Part shown: positions 39,626 through 49,573 of the stretch, one piece after another
How positions within the stretch are numbered: position 1 is the stretch's first letter
How the letters are laid out: the number at the start of each line of letters is the position of its first letter
DNA from: Nitrospirota bacterium
GTDB taxonomy: Bacteria; Nitrospirota; Nitrospiria; Nitrospirales; Nitrospiraceae
Direction: 5' to 3'
DNA: 64,000 nucleotides
NCBI GenBank assembly: GCA_963701855.1
Contig: CAVPBK010000005.1
Location: 224,001 to 288,000 of the forward strand
Program-made: the position numbers and the translations under genes
Notes under the pieces: model-generated
Told to the model about the DNA's origin: nothing
Database searches by the model: none
The model's input: only the letters and a program-made list of their open reading frames with translations

Positions 39626-40543
39626 ATGAACCCTCCTTTTCCCCTTATTTCAGTCGTCACGCCTTGTCTCAATGGTCGCCCATTCATTGAGGAAGCAATT
39701 CAGAGTGTACTCGACCAGGACTATTCCCATGTGGAGCATATTATTGTTGATGGGGGATCGACTGACGGGACACTCAAGATTATCAATAAATATCCGCATT
39801 TACGTGTGGTCAGTGAGCCAGATCGAGGGCTTTACGACGCACTCAATAAGGGCGTGCGGTTAACCAAGGGCGACATCATTGGCCATCTTAATTGTGATGA
39901 CTTCTATGAAAAACGCGTATTTGGACAGGTGTCTGAAAGGTTTAGGGAGGCGCCTGATATAAATGCGGTTTGCGGAGGCGTGGAAGTATTTGAGCATGGC
40001 CAGGGGGGAGAGAAGCGTGTCATTGCTCAATATATGCGTCCCAAGGATTTGGAGCTTTCGTTTGAAAATGTGACCACTGGTCCGGCCATGACGAATGCGA
40101 GATTTTTCAGAAAGAGGGTCTATGAAAAAATCGGACTCTATGAGACGCGTTTCGGTCTTGCTGCTGATCGAGAGTTTCTCATTCGTGCGACCGTGGCGGG
40201 AATCGAGAGTATCGGAATACCGAGTGTGTTGTATCACTATCGGGCACACTCTGGGTCATTGACATTTAGTCATGGTAGTCCTAATCGCTTGAGGATGCTC
40301 AATGAGTTCTTGGAGATTGCTGAAGAGCATATACGGACAAACGGCAAACGCGAACCGATAGAGCCATTCTGTCGAAATTGGCATGCCAGAACGACAGCCG
40401 AAGCTGCTTTACGAGCATTGCGTGAGGGGAACTATAAATTAGCACTGAGCTATGCGAGACGTGGACGAACGTATAGGCCATCGTGGCCGGTTAACTTCAT
40501 GGCTGTTCTTCTCCGAAGAATCACGACCGGTCAGAGCCATTAA
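39626..40543 (+). CDS. GT2 glycosyltransferase
   Basis: ISVVTP, VDGGSTDGT, EPDRGLYDALNKG, LNCDD. Confidence 0.9.
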   Translation: MNPPFPLISVVTPCLNGRPFIEEAIQSVLDQDYSHVEHIIVDGGSTDGTLKIINKYPHLRVVSEPDRGLYDALNKGVRLTKGDIIGHLNCDDFYEKRVFGQVSERFREAPDINAVCGGVEVFEHGQGGEKRVIAQYMRPKDLELSFENVTTGPAMTNARFFRKRVYEKIGLYETRFGLAADREFLIRATVAGIESIGIPSVLYHYRAHSGSLTFSHGSPNRLRMLNEFLEIAEEHIRTNGKREPIEPFCRNWHARTTAEAALRALREGNYKLALSYARRGRTYRPSWPVNFMAVLLRRITTGQSH

Positions 40544-40556
40544 TCCAGATGAATCC

Positions 40557-41399
40557 ATGAAAGTTTCCTTAATTGTAGCGACTGTTGGGCGAACATCCGA
40601 GTTGCACAGATTGTTGACTTCGTTAGACGCCCAGACCTACAAGAATTTTGAATTGATTGTTGTTGATCAGAATCTTGATGATCGGCTCGAGAAGGTGATT
40701 GCTTCATTTTGTGATCGTTTGACGATTATCCATCTGACGTCGCCACTTGGTGTTTCGCGAGCTCGCAATGCGGGGATTAAGAAAATAACAGGAGACATCG
40801 TGGGGTTTCCCGACGATGATTGTTGGTACCCCCATGACCTCTTGAAAAATGTCCTTCGATCCCTGGAGGAAGGTAACTGTGATGGTATAACAGGTCGGAT
40901 CATAAGCCATGATGGGCAAGTGAGTCCCATGGCGCGGTTTGATGAGACAGCAGGCCTCGTGTCTTTGACGAATGTCTGGACGCGAACATGTACCTTTACA
41001 ATTTTTCTCAAGCGAAAAGTCGTAGATGCAATTGGAGGCTTTGATGAAATGATGGGGCCGGGTGCTGGGACTCCCTGGGTGGGAGGAGAGGACATCGATT
41101 ATCCTGTCAGAGCGATCAGTGCCGGGTTCAACTTACTTTACCTGCCCAAGATTCAAGTCTTTCATCCTAATCCATTCGACCGAGGATGGGAGGAAATGGC
41201 TAAACGCGCTTATGTCTATGGTATGGGGATTGGAAGGGTCTGGAAAAAACACCATTTTCCACTGTGGATTGTTGGATACTATTTGATCCGGCCATTTGGG
41301 GGAGCGTGCGTGAACCTTATAACAGGAGAGTGGCCAAAAGCCTACTATCACTGGAATGCTTTGTGCGGCAGGTTTAAAGGCTGGAGATCAAAATTATAA
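40557..41399 (+). CDS. GT2 glycosyltransferase
   Basis: VSLIVAT, VVDQN, SRARNAG, FPDDDC, GED. Confidence 0.88.
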   Translation: MKVSLIVATVGRTSELHRLLTSLDAQTYKNFELIVVDQNLDDRLEKVIASFCDRLTIIHLTSPLGVSRARNAGIKKITGDIVGFPDDDCWYPHDLLKNVLRSLEEGNCDGITGRIISHDGQVSPMARFDETAGLVSLTNVWTRTCTFTIFLKRKVVDAIGGFDEMMGPGAGTPWVGGEDIDYPVRAISAGFNLLYLPKIQVFHPNPFDRGWEEMAKRAYVYGMGIGRVWKKHHFPLWIVGYYLIRPFGGACVNLITGEWPKAYYHWNALCGRFKGWRSKL

Positions 41400-41422
41400 G
41401 TGTCCGCACATGAGATTCAAAC

Positions 41423-42487
41423 ATGAGAGTGTTACAGGTTGTTGCAGATGGTAATCCTGGCGGTGGAACAACCCATGTCCTCCAAATTCTCCGTGGACTC
41501 CGGTCCACACATTCGATCGGGCTTATTACCCAAAGTCAGTCCTATTTATTTCATCAAGCAGAAGTACTTGATACTCCTGCTTACGGATTACATTTTTTTC
41601 GCAGTCGATTGAATCTTGCAGTCTCTTTCGGACTGAACAAGATTTATTCCGAATGGAAGCCAGATCTCATTCACGTGCATGGAGGACGGGCCGGGTTATT
41701 CCACGCGATTATTGGGACGACTGTCCCTACTGTGTACACGGTCCACGGGTTTCATTTTTCACACAAGCCTACTGGAATACGATGGCTTGCGACGTTTATT
41801 GAAGGGGTTACCATCTCTCGTGCCAATCGTATAATTTTTGTGTCGGAGCATGATGCTAATATTGCAAGAGCTTGCAATATTCTTCCGGACAATAAACCCA
41901 CCACCATTATCCATAATGGTATTCAGTTTCGTGAGATTCCAGAAAGCCACACAACCCTGGCCAAGCATGTGGGATTCGTAGGTCGGCTAGAGTACCAAAA
42001 AGATCCTTTCTTGTTTCTGGATGCGCTGGAACACCTGCCCGATTACACTGCGACGATGGTAGGGGGAGGCAGCCTTGAATCTGCTGTTAAACAGGAAATC
42101 ACCCATCGGGATTTGGCAAAGCGTGTTCGTCAGGTAGGCCCACTGTCTCACGCGGAATCGTTACAGATTCTTTCGACATTTGATGTCTTACTCTTAACCT
42201 CTAGATGGGAGGGATTGCCGCTTGTTGTGCTGGAGGCAATGTGTGCGGGGGTGCCTGTTGTAGCAGTGAATGTCAGTGGGCTATCAGAAATAATCGAGCA
42301 TGAAAAGAATGGCCTGTTAATAGACGAACGATCTGGGAAGGCCTTGGCATGGGCGGTCAGAGCAGTGGTAGAAAATCAGGAGTTGCGAACAGAAGTAATT
42401 AACCAGGCGCACCAACATGTGCGTAACCGTTTTTCCGAAGAAAACATGTTGTCTGAAATCCTGAAAATCTATGCCGCGATGGTGTAA
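41423..42487 (+). CDS. GT4 glycosyltransferase
   Basis: TVHG, GRLEYQK, SRWEGLPLVVLEAM. Confidence 0.9.
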   Translation: MRVLQVVADGNPGGGTTHVLQILRGLRSTHSIGLITQSQSYLFHQAEVLDTPAYGLHFFRSRLNLAVSFGLNKIYSEWKPDLIHVHGGRAGLFHAIIGTTVPTVYTVHGFHFSHKPTGIRWLATFIEGVTISRANRIIFVSEHDANIARACNILPDNKPTTIIHNGIQFREIPESHTTLAKHVGFVGRLEYQKDPFLFLDALEHLPDYTATMVGGGSLESAVKQEITHRDLAKRVRQVGPLSHAESLQILSTFDVLLLTSRWEGLPLVVLEAMCAGVPVVAVNVSGLSEIIEHEKNGLLIDERSGKALAWAVRAVVENQELRTEVINQAHQHVRNRFSEENMLSEILKIYAAMV

Positions 42488-42511
42488 TAACGAAGACTAT
42501 GGCAGAGAGCT

Positions 42512-43696
42512 ATGAAAGTTGCGATTGTACACGATTGGCTAGCGTCCATGCGTGGTGGCGAGCGCTGCGTGGAAGTGTTCTGTGAGTTGTTTCCTCAAGC
42601 CGATCTTTTTACTCTTCTTCATTTTCAAGGGAAGGTTTCTGAAACCATTGAACGGATGCCAATCCATACGTCTTTCATTCAGCACCTACCGTTCCTAAAA
42701 CGATATTATCGTCATTACCTTCCATTGTTCCCATTTGCGATTGAACGTTTTGACATGCACGATTACGACCTGATTCTTTCGTCCAGTCACTGCGTCGCGA
42801 AGGGAGTTCGGAGGCTTCCGGGAACGTTGCATGTCAGTTATACGCACACGCCCATGCGATACGCATGGGATCTCTACGATGCATACTTTGAGGACAGCGC
42901 TGGTCTGGTCAAGAGTCAAATTCTTCGGACTTTGATGGCACATCTTCGACGTTGGGACGTACAGGCGTGTGATCGGGTTGACCGTTTCGTGGCGAACTCT
43001 CATCACGTTGCGGATCGAATTAGAAGGCATTACGGGAAAGAATCCATTGTTGTATACCCACCCGTAGATTTTGATCGATTTGTTCCCTCGGAAACCGATG
43101 ATGGGTTTTATCTGGTCGTATCGGCATTAGCTCCCTATAAGCGAGTGGAACTGGCAATTGAGGCGTGTAATGTGACAAAGCGACCCCTCAAAATCATTGG
43201 TACGGGGCAGCAATATCAATTCCTTAAACAACATGCAGGACCAACCGTGGAGTTGCTGGGGTGGCAGCCTGATAAGGTGATCACTGAATATTATCGTCGT
43301 TGCAAGGCGTTGTTGTTTCCTGGGGAAGAAGATTTTGGAATTGTTCCGCTCGAGGTCATGGCCTGTGGCAAGCCAGTCATTGCATATGCCAAGGGAGGCG
43401 CATTGGAGACGGTTGTGCCGTTGAACCCTGGTGAGCGAAAGAAGCCAACGGGCAACGCCTTTGGGATGCCACACGGTGATGATTCAGGCAAAAATCCAAC
43501 CGGCGTGTTTTTCTACGAGCAGACTTGTGAAGCACTTATCCAGGCTTTAGAAGTATTTGAACGCTACCGCGACCAGTTTCAACCTGAAATGATTCGCTCT
43601 CATGTGGAACCATTTGACCGCAAGCATTTCAAGGCACGAATCCATGCCGTCATTGAGCAAACCTGGGAAGAATTTCAGCGTACACGGTCATGTTGA
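42512..43696 (+). CDS. GT4 glycosyltransferase (WbaZ-like mannosyltransferase)
   Basis: HDWL..RGGER, HTPMRYAWD, EEDFGIVPLE. Confidence 0.88.
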   Translation: MKVAIVHDWLASMRGGERCVEVFCELFPQADLFTLLHFQGKVSETIERMPIHTSFIQHLPFLKRYYRHYLPLFPFAIERFDMHDYDLILSSSHCVAKGVRRLPGTLHVSYTHTPMRYAWDLYDAYFEDSAGLVKSQILRTLMAHLRRWDVQACDRVDRFVANSHHVADRIRRHYGKESIVVYPPVDFDRFVPSETDDGFYLVVSALAPYKRVELAIEACNVTKRPLKIIGTGQQYQFLKQHAGPTVELLGWQPDKVITEYYRRCKALLFPGEEDFGIVPLEVMACGKPVIAYAKGGALETVVPLNPGERKKPTGNAFGMPHGDDSGKNPTGVFFYEQTCEALIQALEVFERYRDQFQPEMIRSHVEPFDRKHFKARIHAVIEQTWEEFQRTRSC

Positions 43697-45084
43697 AACG
43701 CCATTCGCAATTTCTTCAGAGTTCCCTCTTTTTATTTGATCTGGCTCTGATCTGTGCCTGCTGGCTGGCAGCCTATTACATTCGCTTTTCGGGTGGATGG
43801 GGGCCGGTCGGCAAGGGTGTTCCACCTCTGGAGATTTATATTTATTTACTTGTGCCGATCGTGATCGTATGGGGAGTATCTTTTCGGGCATTTAATTTGT
43901 ATCGACCTCGACGGATGGGCTCCCACCTGGCCGAGGTCCTCGACATTGCTATAGCCAATTCGTTGTCGGTGTTGATTCTCATCGGGTTAACATTTTTCGT
44001 TCGTCAGTTCGAATATTCGCGTCTAGTCTTTCTATATTTCTGGGTTTTGAATCTTGTTACGCTCAGCTTCTCGCGAATGGTGTTTCGCGAGGGCCTGAGG
44101 TTTTTCAGAAAGCAGGGTTACAACCAGCGACATTGTCTGATCATCGGGGCAGGCAAACTCGGACAGCGGATTGCCCGCTCACTGTCGCTTCATCCTGAAT
44201 TCGGCATTAAAGTCCAGGGCTACTTGACCCGCAAGCCGAAAAAGTTGGGCGAAACCTTTGAAGGGGTTCCGGTCATCGGCTTATACGGCGATGTGGAGAA
44301 GTATGCGCCAGCTTTGGACATGGTCTTTCTTTGTCTTCCTCCTGAGTCCGAGCCACAAGCGGAAAAGATGCTGGCGTATTTAGCGACCACGACCGTCGAA
44401 GTGAAAGTCATCCCGTCAATTTATGAGTTTATTACGCTCCGTGCCGAGGCGGAGATGTTTGAAGGGTTACCGATTATCACGCTACAGGGCTCGCCTCTCC
44501 ACGGATGGAACATTATCCTCAAGCGTAGCAGCGATTTAATCGGTTGTATGATCGCGCTTCTCCTGACACTGCCGGTGCAGGGATTTGTCGCGTTGCTGAT
44601 TAAGCTGACTTCGTCCGGACCGATCTTATTCAAGCAGGAGCGCATGGGGTTGGATGGAAAGCCGTTCATGATGCTCAAGTTTCGTACGATGCGCGCGGAT
44701 CATGCAGGCGATCACGCGCTGTTGACCCAGAAGAATGATCCCCGCGTGACATCGATCGGACGCTTCTTACGATCGACCAGTTTGGATGAACTGCCACAAT
44801 TCTGGAACGTTCTGAAGGGAGATATGAGCATCGTCGGACCACGGCCGGAACGGTCTTGGGTGGTCGAGGAGGTTCGAAAACAGATTCCTCTGTATATGCT
44901 CAAGCATAAGATGAAGGCCGGGATCACGGGCTGGGCGCAAGTCAATGGTTGGCGTGGCGACACCTCGCTTGAGAAACGAATTGAGTTCGACCTCTATTAT
45001 ATTGAGCATTGGTCCCTCTGGCTCGATCTGAAGATCATGTGGCTGACGATATGGCAAGGATTTGTTCACAAGCATGCCTATTGA
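43690..45084 (+). CDS. wcaJ: Undecaprenyl-phosphate glucose phosphotransferase (WcaJ-type)
   Basis: [44 protein letters not shown]. Confidence 0.88.
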   Translation: MLKRHSQFLQSSLFLFDLALICACWLAAYYIRFSGGWGPVGKGVPPLEIYIYLLVPIVIVWGVSFRAFNLYRPRRMGSHLAEVLDIAIANSLSVLILIGLTFFVRQFEYSRLVFLYFWVLNLVTLSFSRMVFREGLRFFRKQGYNQRHCLIIGAGKLGQRIARSLSLHPEFGIKVQGYLTRKPKKLGETFEGVPVIGLYGDVEKYAPALDMVFLCLPPESEPQAEKMLAYLATTTVEVKVIPSIYEFITLRAEAEMFEGLPIITLQGSPLHGWNIILKRSSDLIGCMIALLLTLPVQGFVALLIKLTSSGPILFKQERMGLDGKPFMMLKFRTMRADHAGDHALLTQKNDPRVTSIGRFLRSTSLDELPQFWNVLKGDMSIVGPRPERSWVVEEVRKQIPLYMLKHKMKAGITGWAQVNGWRGDTSLEKRIEFDLYYIEHWSLWLDLKIMWLTIWQGFVHKHAY

Positions 45085-45142
45085 TTGCACTGAGGTGTTC
45101 TCTCCTCGCTAAGAAGCAACAAACAGGGATTCCAACAACAGG

Positions 45143-46216
45143 ATGAGTATTGTAGTCACCGGCGGCGCCGGGTTTATCGGCGCCAACTTCGTTCTCGATT
45201 GGCTGGCGCACAACGACGAGCCAGTCATCAACCTCGACAAGCTCACTTATGCGGGCAATCTGGAGAGTCTTGTCAGTCTGCAAGGCGACGCGCGGCATAT
45301 CTTCGTGCGGGGTGACATCGGAGAGACATCGTTGGTCGATCGATTGCTGGCCGAGCATCGCCCCCGGGCCATCATCAACTTTGCCGCTGAGAGTCATGTT
45401 GACCGGTCAATTCACGACCCTGGCGAATTCATCCAGACCAATATCGTCGGCACCTTTCATCTGCTGGAGTCCGTGCGTGCCTACTGGGACGCGCTGGAGG
45501 GCGAGGCTAAAGAACACTTCCGTTTTCTGCACGTGTCCACCGACGAGGTCTACGGCTCGTTAAGGAAAGATGACCCGGCCTTCAGAGAAACGAATCGTTA
45601 CGAACCCAATAGCCCCTATTCTGCCAGCAAAGCTGGCAGTGACCATCTGGTGCGTGCATTCCACCACACTTATGGCCTGCCAGTCCTCACGACCAACTGC
45701 TCCAACAACTACGGTCCCTACCACTTTCCTGAAAAGCTTATTCCGCTCGTCATCCACAATGCGCTGGCGGGCAAGCCGTTGCCTATCTATGGTGACGGCC
45801 AACAAATCCGCGACTGGCTCTATGTCAAAGACCACTGCAAGGCTATCCACCGGGTGCTCGAAGCGGGGCGTATGGGGGAAACCTATAACATTGGTGGCGG
45901 GCACGAAAAGGCTAATCTCGAAGTTGTCCAGACTCTGTGCGACATCCTGGACGAACTTGCTCCACCTGCCACCTGCCACTTACCATTTGCCACGTACCGC
46001 TCACTGATCACCTTCGTCAAGGATCGCCCAGGTCACGATCGCCGCTATGCCATTGACGCTAGTAAGCTTGAACGCGAACTGGGTTGGAAGCCCCAAGAAA
46101 CCTTTGAAACCGGCATTCGCAAGACGGTAGCGTGGTATCTGGAGAACCAGAACTGGGTTGCTAACGTGACCAGCGGTGCCTACCGCAACTGGGTCGAAAG
46201 GCAATATGGCGAATAG
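45143..46216 (+). CDS. rfbB: dTDP-glucose 4,6-dehydratase
   Basis: [39 protein letters not shown]. Confidence 0.97.
   Translation: MSIVVTGGAGFIGANFVLDWLAHNDEPVINLDKLTYAGNLESLVSLQGDARHIFVRGDIGETSLVDRLLAEHRPRAIINFAAESHVDRSIHDPGEFIQTNIVGTFHLLESVRAYWDALEGEAKEHFRFLHVSTDEVYGSLRKDDPAFRETNRYEPNSPYSASKAGSDHLVRAFHHTYGLPVLTTNCSNNYGPYHFPEKLIPLVIHNALAGKPLPIYGDGQQIRDWLYVKDHCKAIHRVLEAGRMGETYNIGGGHEKANLEVVQTLCDILDELAPPATCHLPFATYRSLITFVKDRPGHDRRYAIDASKLERELGWKPQETFETGIRKTVAWYLENQNWVANVTSGAYRNWVERQYGE
45965..45992 (+). repeat. Heptamer array CYTGCCA x4 inside rfbB (half element)
   Basis: CCTGCCA-CCTGCCA-CTTACCA-TTTGCCA; translated as part of [11 protein letters not shown]. Confidence 0.7.
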
Positions 46217-46496
46217 CGAGAGCAGATTCGTAGCTGCTCAGGTGGATAGACTGAAGATTTTTAGGGGCCAATCATGGGCGATCACACTAAGCTTTGGGCA
46301 TTTGAGAGGGCTGATGGGGTAGCAGGGCTGGTCTCTCAGGGAACCGCGGGAACGTTGCGTGATGATTGGTTTACTTCAACCCTCAGCCTAGATATCTGGG
46401 CATTTACCAAAACGCTAAAAATGGATGGAATAAAGAAATGATAGCAACCAACCCTTCGCGACCCGCCACTCGCCACTCGCCGCCTGCCACTCTCCA
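46207..46496 (+). mobile_element. Nested cassette: outer TGGCGAG/CTCGCCA arms around an inner GCTGAAG-family cassette (46235-46402) with a deleted four-helix gene
   Basis: TGGCGAA-TAGCGAG ... TTCGCGA-CCCGCCA-CTCGCCA-CTCGCCG-CCTGCCA-CTCTCCA; ATG 46274 encodes MGDHTKLWAFERADGVAGLVSQGTAG-TLRDD. Confidence 0.75.
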
Positions 46497-46511
46497 AAGG
46501 CACTACCGCGC

Positions 46512-47411
46512 ATGAAGATCTTGCTTCTGGGAAAGAACGGGCAGGTCGGTTTTGAGCTACAGCGTGCACTGGCTCCCTTAGGGGAAGTCTGTGCCGTTGA
46601 TCAACCTGAATGTGATTTGGCAGATGCATCTGCTATTCGTGAACTGGTGCGGTCGTTCAAACCAAACCTGATAGTCAATCCCGCTGCCTATACCGCAGTG
46701 GACAAGGCAGAGTCCGAGCCGGAGCTGGCTCACGCCATTAATACCGTCACTCCTGGAGTGCTCGGAGAAGAAGCGGCGAAGCAGGGCGCATGGGTGGTGC
46801 ATTATTCCACCGACTACGTGTTCGATGGCATCAAGCCGAGCGCATATACCGAAGATGACCCCGCGAATCCCCAGAGTATCTATGGTCGCACCAAAAGGGA
46901 TGGTGAAATCTCGCTACAACAAAGCGGGGTGCCGTACCTGATCTTTCGCACGAGCTGGGTGGTTGGAGCGCATGGCTGGAATTTTGCCAAAACCATTCTG
47001 CGATTGGCCGGTGAGCGCGAAAGTTTGAACGTGGTGGCCGATCAATATGGCGCGCCAACCTCTGCTGCTTTGCTGGCTGATGTGACGGCTCAGCTTGTCT
47101 GGCAGAAACAGCGTGAGGGGGGGGAGCGCTTCCCATTTGGTTTGTATCACCTGGTGGCCAGCGGTGAGACCAACTGGTGTGACTATGCGAGGTTTGTCGT
47201 GTCGGAAGCCCTCGCTGCCGGCAAGCTGCTCAAGCTCTCGCCGGATTCCATTCGTGCGATTACCTCTTCCGAATATCCGACGCCCGCCAAGCGTCCGGCC
47301 AATTCACGGCTGGATACCCGCAAGTTGCGCAGTACTTTTGAATTGGAATTGCCCAACTGGCAAAGCGGTGTCCGGCACATCCTTCAACAGATTCTGGCTG
47401 ATGGTAAGTAG
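46512..47411 (+). CDS. rfbD: dTDP-4-dehydrorhamnose reductase
   Basis: GKNGQVG, AAYTAVDKAE, STDYVFDG, YGRTK, DQYGAPT. Confidence 0.96.
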   Translation: MKILLLGKNGQVGFELQRALAPLGEVCAVDQPECDLADASAIRELVRSFKPNLIVNPAAYTAVDKAESEPELAHAINTVTPGVLGEEAAKQGAWVVHYSTDYVFDGIKPSAYTEDDPANPQSIYGRTKRDGEISLQQSGVPYLIFRTSWVVGAHGWNFAKTILRLAGERESLNVVADQYGAPTSAALLADVTAQLVWQKQREGGERFPFGLYHLVASGETNWCDYARFVVSEALAAGKLLKLSPDSIRAITSSEYPTPAKRPANSRLDTRKLRSTFELELPNWQSGVRHILQQILADGK

Positions 47412-47834
47412 TAAGTAATAAGTAGTGAGTGTGGAGTAGGAAATGAAGATGGGTAAGCCACACGAGCGGCTCGATGCTCGGAAGTTCTCGATGGAATTGG
47501 CTAAGGCGGTGTATCAGATGACCTCGAATTTCCAGGCAGAGGAGCGTTATGGATTGGCGCAGCAAATGAGACGTGCGGCCGTCTCTATTCCGCGTAACCT
47601 TGCGGAGGGTGCGGGTCAAAAATAGCGGAAAGGAATACGTTCATTTCATCGGTTTTTTACGTGGTTCACTCGCGGAGCTAGAAACTCAGATGCAACTGTC
47701 GGTGATGCTCGGTTTTACAATTGCCGATCATGCCGCATTCGATTTGGCTGATCGGGCAGGAAAATTGTCAACCGGTCTGCACAAAAAATGGAGCGCAGCA
47801 TGACCCCACTCCCCAGTTCCCACTCACCACTCTC
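47403..47834 (+). mobile_element. AGTRAGT/CYCCACT heptamer cassette enclosing a four-helix-bundle gene
   Basis: GGTAAGT-AGTAAGT-AATAAGT-AGTGAGT-GTGGAGT ... CCCCACT-CCCCAGT-TCCCACT-CACCACT. Confidence 0.75.
47443..47803 (+). pseudogene. Four-helix-bundle gene, frameshifted at the A run near 47620
   Basis: EERYGLAQQMRRAAVSIPRNLAEG then SGKEYVHF..RGSLAELETQ in the next frame. Confidence 0.88.
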
Positions 47835-48735
47835 AGGGAATGCCCTCTCGCCACTTCCCAGAAAAGGCATCATCCTCGCCGGCGGTTCTGGCAGCCGACT
47901 GCACCCGGCCACATTGGCCATCAGCAAGCAGCTGCTGCCTGTGTTCGATAAGCCGATGATCTACTATCCACTTAGCACCCTTATGCTGGCGGGCATTCGG
48001 GACATCCTCATCATCTCCACACCGCAGGACACCCCTCGTTTTGAGCAACTGCTCGGCACGGGTGAGCAGTGGGGCCTGAAATTGCAATACGCAGTACAGC
48101 CCTCGCCCGATGGTTTGGCGCAAGCTTTCATCATCGGTGAATCGTTCATTGGGAATGATCTCTCGGCCCTGGTGTTAGGCGATAACATCTTTTACGGTCA
48201 TGACTTCCATTACTTGTTGCGCAACGCCATGGCCCGAACCGAAGGCGCGAGCGTGTTTGCCTACCACGTACAGGCTCCTGAGTGTTACGGCGTCGCCGAA
48301 TTTGACTCGAACGGCAAAGTGCTATCGCTGGAAGAGAAGCCCAAGCAACCGAAGTCTAACTACGCTGTGACTGGCCTGTATTTCTACGATCGACAAGTAA
48401 TTGATCTGGCCCAAAGTCTTACACCCTCACCTCGCGGCGAGTTGGAAATCACCGATCTCAACCGTTTGTATCTTGAACGAGGCAAGCTCAACGTCGAAGT
48501 CATGGGCCGAGGCTACGCCTGGCTGGACACTGGCACCCATGAATCGCTGCTCGAAGCCAGCCAGTTTATCGCCACACTAGAAAACCGGCAAGGCTTGAAG
48601 GTGGCATGTCCGGAAGAAATCGCCTACAGGTTAACGTGGATTGACGCCGCCAAACTGGAAAAGCTCGCGCAGCCCTTGATCAAAAGTGGTTACGGGCAAT
48701 ACCTGCTGCGCGTACTCAAGGAAAAGGTTTTTTAG
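47800..48735 (+). CDS. rfbA: Glucose-1-phosphate thymidylyltransferase with a repeat-derived N-terminal extension
   Basis: [37 protein letters not shown]. Confidence 0.96.
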   Translation: MTPLPSSHSPLSGNALSPLPRKGIILAGGSGSRLHPATLAISKQLLPVFDKPMIYYPLSTLMLAGIRDILIISTPQDTPRFEQLLGTGEQWGLKLQYAVQPSPDGLAQAFIIGESFIGNDLSALVLGDNIFYGHDFHYLLRNAMARTEGASVFAYHVQAPECYGVAEFDSNGKVLSLEEKPKQPKSNYAVTGLYFYDRQVIDLAQSLTPSPRGELEITDLNRLYLERGKLNVEVMGRGYAWLDTGTHESLLEASQFIATLENRQGLKVACPEEIAYRLTWIDAAKLEKLAQPLIKSGYGQYLLRVLKEKVF

Positions 48736-48738
48736 CGA

Positions 48739-48799
48739 GATTCGAGGGACAAGGTTCAAGGGGATGGCACGATTTGAACCTTGCCCCTTGAATCTTGAA
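48739..48799. repeat. Inverted TTCAAGG/CCTTGAA heptamer hairpin, empty
   Basis: GATTCGAGGGACAAGGTTCAAG pairs with TTTGAACCTTGCCCCTTGAATC (22 positions: two G-U, one mismatch). Confidence 0.8.
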
Positions 48800-48945
48800 A
48801 TGAAAACCACTCTTCGCATCCACTCCAAGTTAATAGGATGCTAGATCGACTCGCCGACCCATTGTTTACCCTAATCACAGATTTTGGTGGGCAACGCTAG
48901 GCAAGATCAGTAGTATGCCGGCAGGTTACATCTAGAGGTTGGACA

Positions 48946-49518
48946 ATGGCTCAACGATCGGCAACGAAAAAAGCAGCTCGATCCAGAAAAGTACCGCGCA
49001 AGCTACTCCAACGGATCCGTCTGTTTGCCACCGATGTGGACGGAGTCTTGACGGACGGCGGAATGTACTATGCCGAATCCGGTGATGAGTGGAAGAAGTT
49101 CAACACGCGCGATGGCATGGGGATCAAGCTGTTGCAGAGGGCAGGAATCATCACCGCCATCGTCACGCAGGAGCGGACGAAGCTGGTGGCGCGGCGTGCC
49201 GAGAAGCTCGCGATTCCCGAGCTGCACCAAGGGGTGATGGATAAGTTAACGGTGATTGGGGAGATGGCGGCCAGACATGGGCTCTCGCTCAAGCAGGTGG
49301 CCTATATTGGGGACGATATCAACGATCTTGAGACATTGGAGGCGGTAGGGTTTTCCGCCACACCGGCCGACGGGATGCCCCTGGTTGTTGCGGTGGCCGA
49401 CTATATCTGTCAGAAGAAGGGCGGGGAGGGAGCGGTTCGGGAAATCATTGAGATGATTCTTGAGGCGCAAGGTCGAAGTTCAAAATTCAAAATTCCAGGT
49501 TCTGGAAAACGCTCATAG
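48946..49518 (+). CDS. kdsC: KdsC-family HAD phosphatase
   Basis: DVDGVLTDG, FNTRDGMG, YIGDDIND, GGEGAVRE. Confidence 0.85.
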   Translation: MAQRSATKKAARSRKVPRKLLQRIRLFATDVDGVLTDGGMYYAESGDEWKKFNTRDGMGIKLLQRAGIITAIVTQERTKLVARRAEKLAIPELHQGVMDKLTVIGEMAARHGLSLKQVAYIGDDINDLETLEAVGFSATPADGMPLVVAVADYICQKKGGEGAVREIIEMILEAQGRSSKFKIPGSGKRS

Positions 49519-49573
49519 GGTAGGAAACTCAGTGTATGGCCTCTCTCACACGCCGAACTTCGAAGCTTGGACT
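49467..49573. repeat. Degenerate inverted CRAARTT heptamer hairpin spanning the kdsC/manC junction
   Basis: CGAAGTT-CAAAATT-CAAAATT-CCAGGTT; GAACTTCGA at 49555-49563 is complementary to TCGAAGTTC. Confidence 0.5.
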
